A stretch of 64,000 nt of DNA from Amphiscolops sp. MND2022. Taxonomy: Eukaryota. A model generated the notes under the pieces. That model was not told where the DNA came from. It was given only the letters and a program-made list of their open reading frames with translations, and searched no databases. Within the stretch, counting starts at the first letter, position 1; every line of letters begins with the position of its first letter. Both the position numbers and the translations under genes were made by a program. The stretch is from assembly GCA_964187785.1 (NCBI GenBank), contig OZ076409.1:94056001-94120000 (forward strand), read 5' to 3'. Of the stretch, positions 62,262 through 64,000 are shown piece by piece.

Positions 62262-64000
62262 TGATCGTCCTAATCTATCGACTCGATGATTGTTCGGTGC
62301 AGAGGTTGAATCGATCAGGTTAACCCTGAGGTTCTGACTATCATTGGTTGAGCCGACGCTTCTCATATGCCTTTTTCATTGGAAACAATATTATCTTTTT
62401 TGGATTTTTAACCATATGTCCTGTGTAAAACATCACTACAACGTATTTCAGTTCTTCAAATAAGATGACCCAGTGCGAAGTTTATCATACTTCTGGATGT
62501 CAAGTAAAACTGTTACACGCAACAATTCAATTCGACCGAGCGATTGACCACGAAAGTTGAGCAAACATGGGGCTTTTTTGGTGCAGTGGAAAACGAAAAC
62601 AGGAAAAAAGAGTTAGAGCGTTAGAATTAACAAAATTGAAAATTGTTTATTCAGTGTCTATTGTATTAGGGGGAATTACAGGAACAATACGGCATCGCCA
62701 ATTTTCAGCTTGTGTAATCCAGAATGCTATCCAACACATCAACCGCATTGTTTCGCAAAAAAAGGTGAAAAACAGAATCATGTTCAATGCAAATCAAAGA
62801 AGTTTGAGGTCGTTTGTGTTTTCTGTTCTTAGTTCAAATCAAGTTTTACGAAAAAACGAAACAAAATTAGTTGACCGAGCAATCGTGTCGGCACGATGAG
62901 ATATGAATAACAATTTAGCTTTTGCTCAGAAGTTCGAAAAGAAGCCAGTCAGCCGAGATGCAAAAATTGAATTCGTTCAAATATGGTCCAAAGTAATTTG
63001 CTCGTCGTCAACTACGACAGAATAAAAATGAATTCATTAGCAATTTTTTTAAAAAAAAACGCGTGACCGAAAATGTGATACAGAGATTGCAGGCATGCCA
63101 GAGATTGTTGCCGCGGTTGAAATCAATAGACAAAACAACTACATATGATCGACCATAAGTTACTCAGCTATCTTTGTATCCACAATTTCGCCTTGAGATC
63201 TGCTGTTTCAACGAAACAGAAGTAACAAAGCTGGATGAATGCTCTTGCACCATATTCCATAGTTCTCGATATTCTCAGGATCGTTTCCGAGGGATCAACC
63301 GTTGTATTTTACAAAAATAAGTTAAAATCAAAGTCAAGTACCACATGCAAAAAAAACACACTGTTTTCATCTAGAATTTGTGTTTAACAACGTCAGAGAC
63401 AGATAACTTTTTCACTAGGATTTCCCCAACAAATTTTGGAAAGTTTTTTGATCTGAGATTCCAACGTAAAGCTCTTATGGCGATGAACTTCTTTGATCAA
63501 TTCGTTTCATAGCTTGGGCCACACTATGAAGTTTATATTGAAAGCCGTGTTTCTAACAACACCACAAAGAAACTAGCCATGTTGATGTTTTAATTACAGG
63601 TCAATTGCTTTTAGAATTGAAAAGGCAAAAAATTAAATCATTTGAGCTTAGTTCAGTTTCGTTTTTTTAATGTGATCAACGCGTCCACCTGCCATTTAGC
63701 AAGCATATAGTTTTCATCTCTCTTTAGTGCATTTTATGCATCAAAAACAGAAAGAGTCGAATAAAAATCGTGTTGCAATTAAAAAAATGTTGAATGACTG
63801 ATTTGCAGCTGAACGCTTGTTTCAATGAACTGATATTGGTTATTCAGGATTAGTTCAGTCATACATACGCACCAAAGACATATATAGCTGGACACTTTGG
63901 TTCAGGAAAAACAATGAAGTAGTACGGTTAATCATTTGATTGACTGAAGGATTGGAATTGATCGTTGATCAGTCAGTTGAAAAAAATTGTATCGTCAAAT

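Larger units (their letters stand above)
55200..63100. repeat. Old, degenerate ~1-1.5-kb repeat family in several same-orientation copies
   Basis: The motif block ATCAAGTTTTAC..AAACAAAATTAGTTGACCGAGCA..CGTG..GTTCGAAAAGAAGTCAGCCAG.CGAGATG..TTCGTTC..CTAAAGTAAT..TTGACCGAAAATG occurs at ~55260, 56225, 60230 (partial), 60820 and 62835. Confidence 0.7.

Overview
This is a repeat-dense eukaryotic window, probably from an invertebrate animal; no ordinary host gene could be recognised with confidence. Its centrepiece is a complete, young 15.7-kb Ty3/Gypsy LTR retrotransposon on the minus strand (26560-42249). It has ~1.5-kb TG..CA LTRs about 99% identical, a 5-bp TSD TCAAG, gag with two CCHC knuckles, a TTTAAAC -1 frameshift and an open PR-RT-RH-IN pol. 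Between pol and the 3' LTR it carries ~6.6 kb of cargo around an internal divergent promoter. One cargo gene is a 379-aa non-env ORF in element sense that runs into the 3' LTR where the PPT should be. The other is an ANTISENSE six-exon, five-intron gene (~1150 aa) with a zinc finger and what looks like a catalytically dead hAT-transposase fold. Gag starts inside the 5' LTR and reads through the PBS. The element sits next to a decayed, apparently intron-containing tyrosine-recombinase gene. The rest of the window holds a decayed Gypsy whose integrase region was amplified into a ~2.05-kb tandem array of sense/antisense integrase fragments. It also holds DINE-1/Helentron-like HINEs (one nested in another), nested CCC..GGG MITEs, two hAT elements with perfect 8-bp TSDs, a 3.3-kb tandem duplication bounded by (GA)n, and a degenerate ~1-kb repeat family. 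All homology calls come from recognising motifs by eye, not from database searches.
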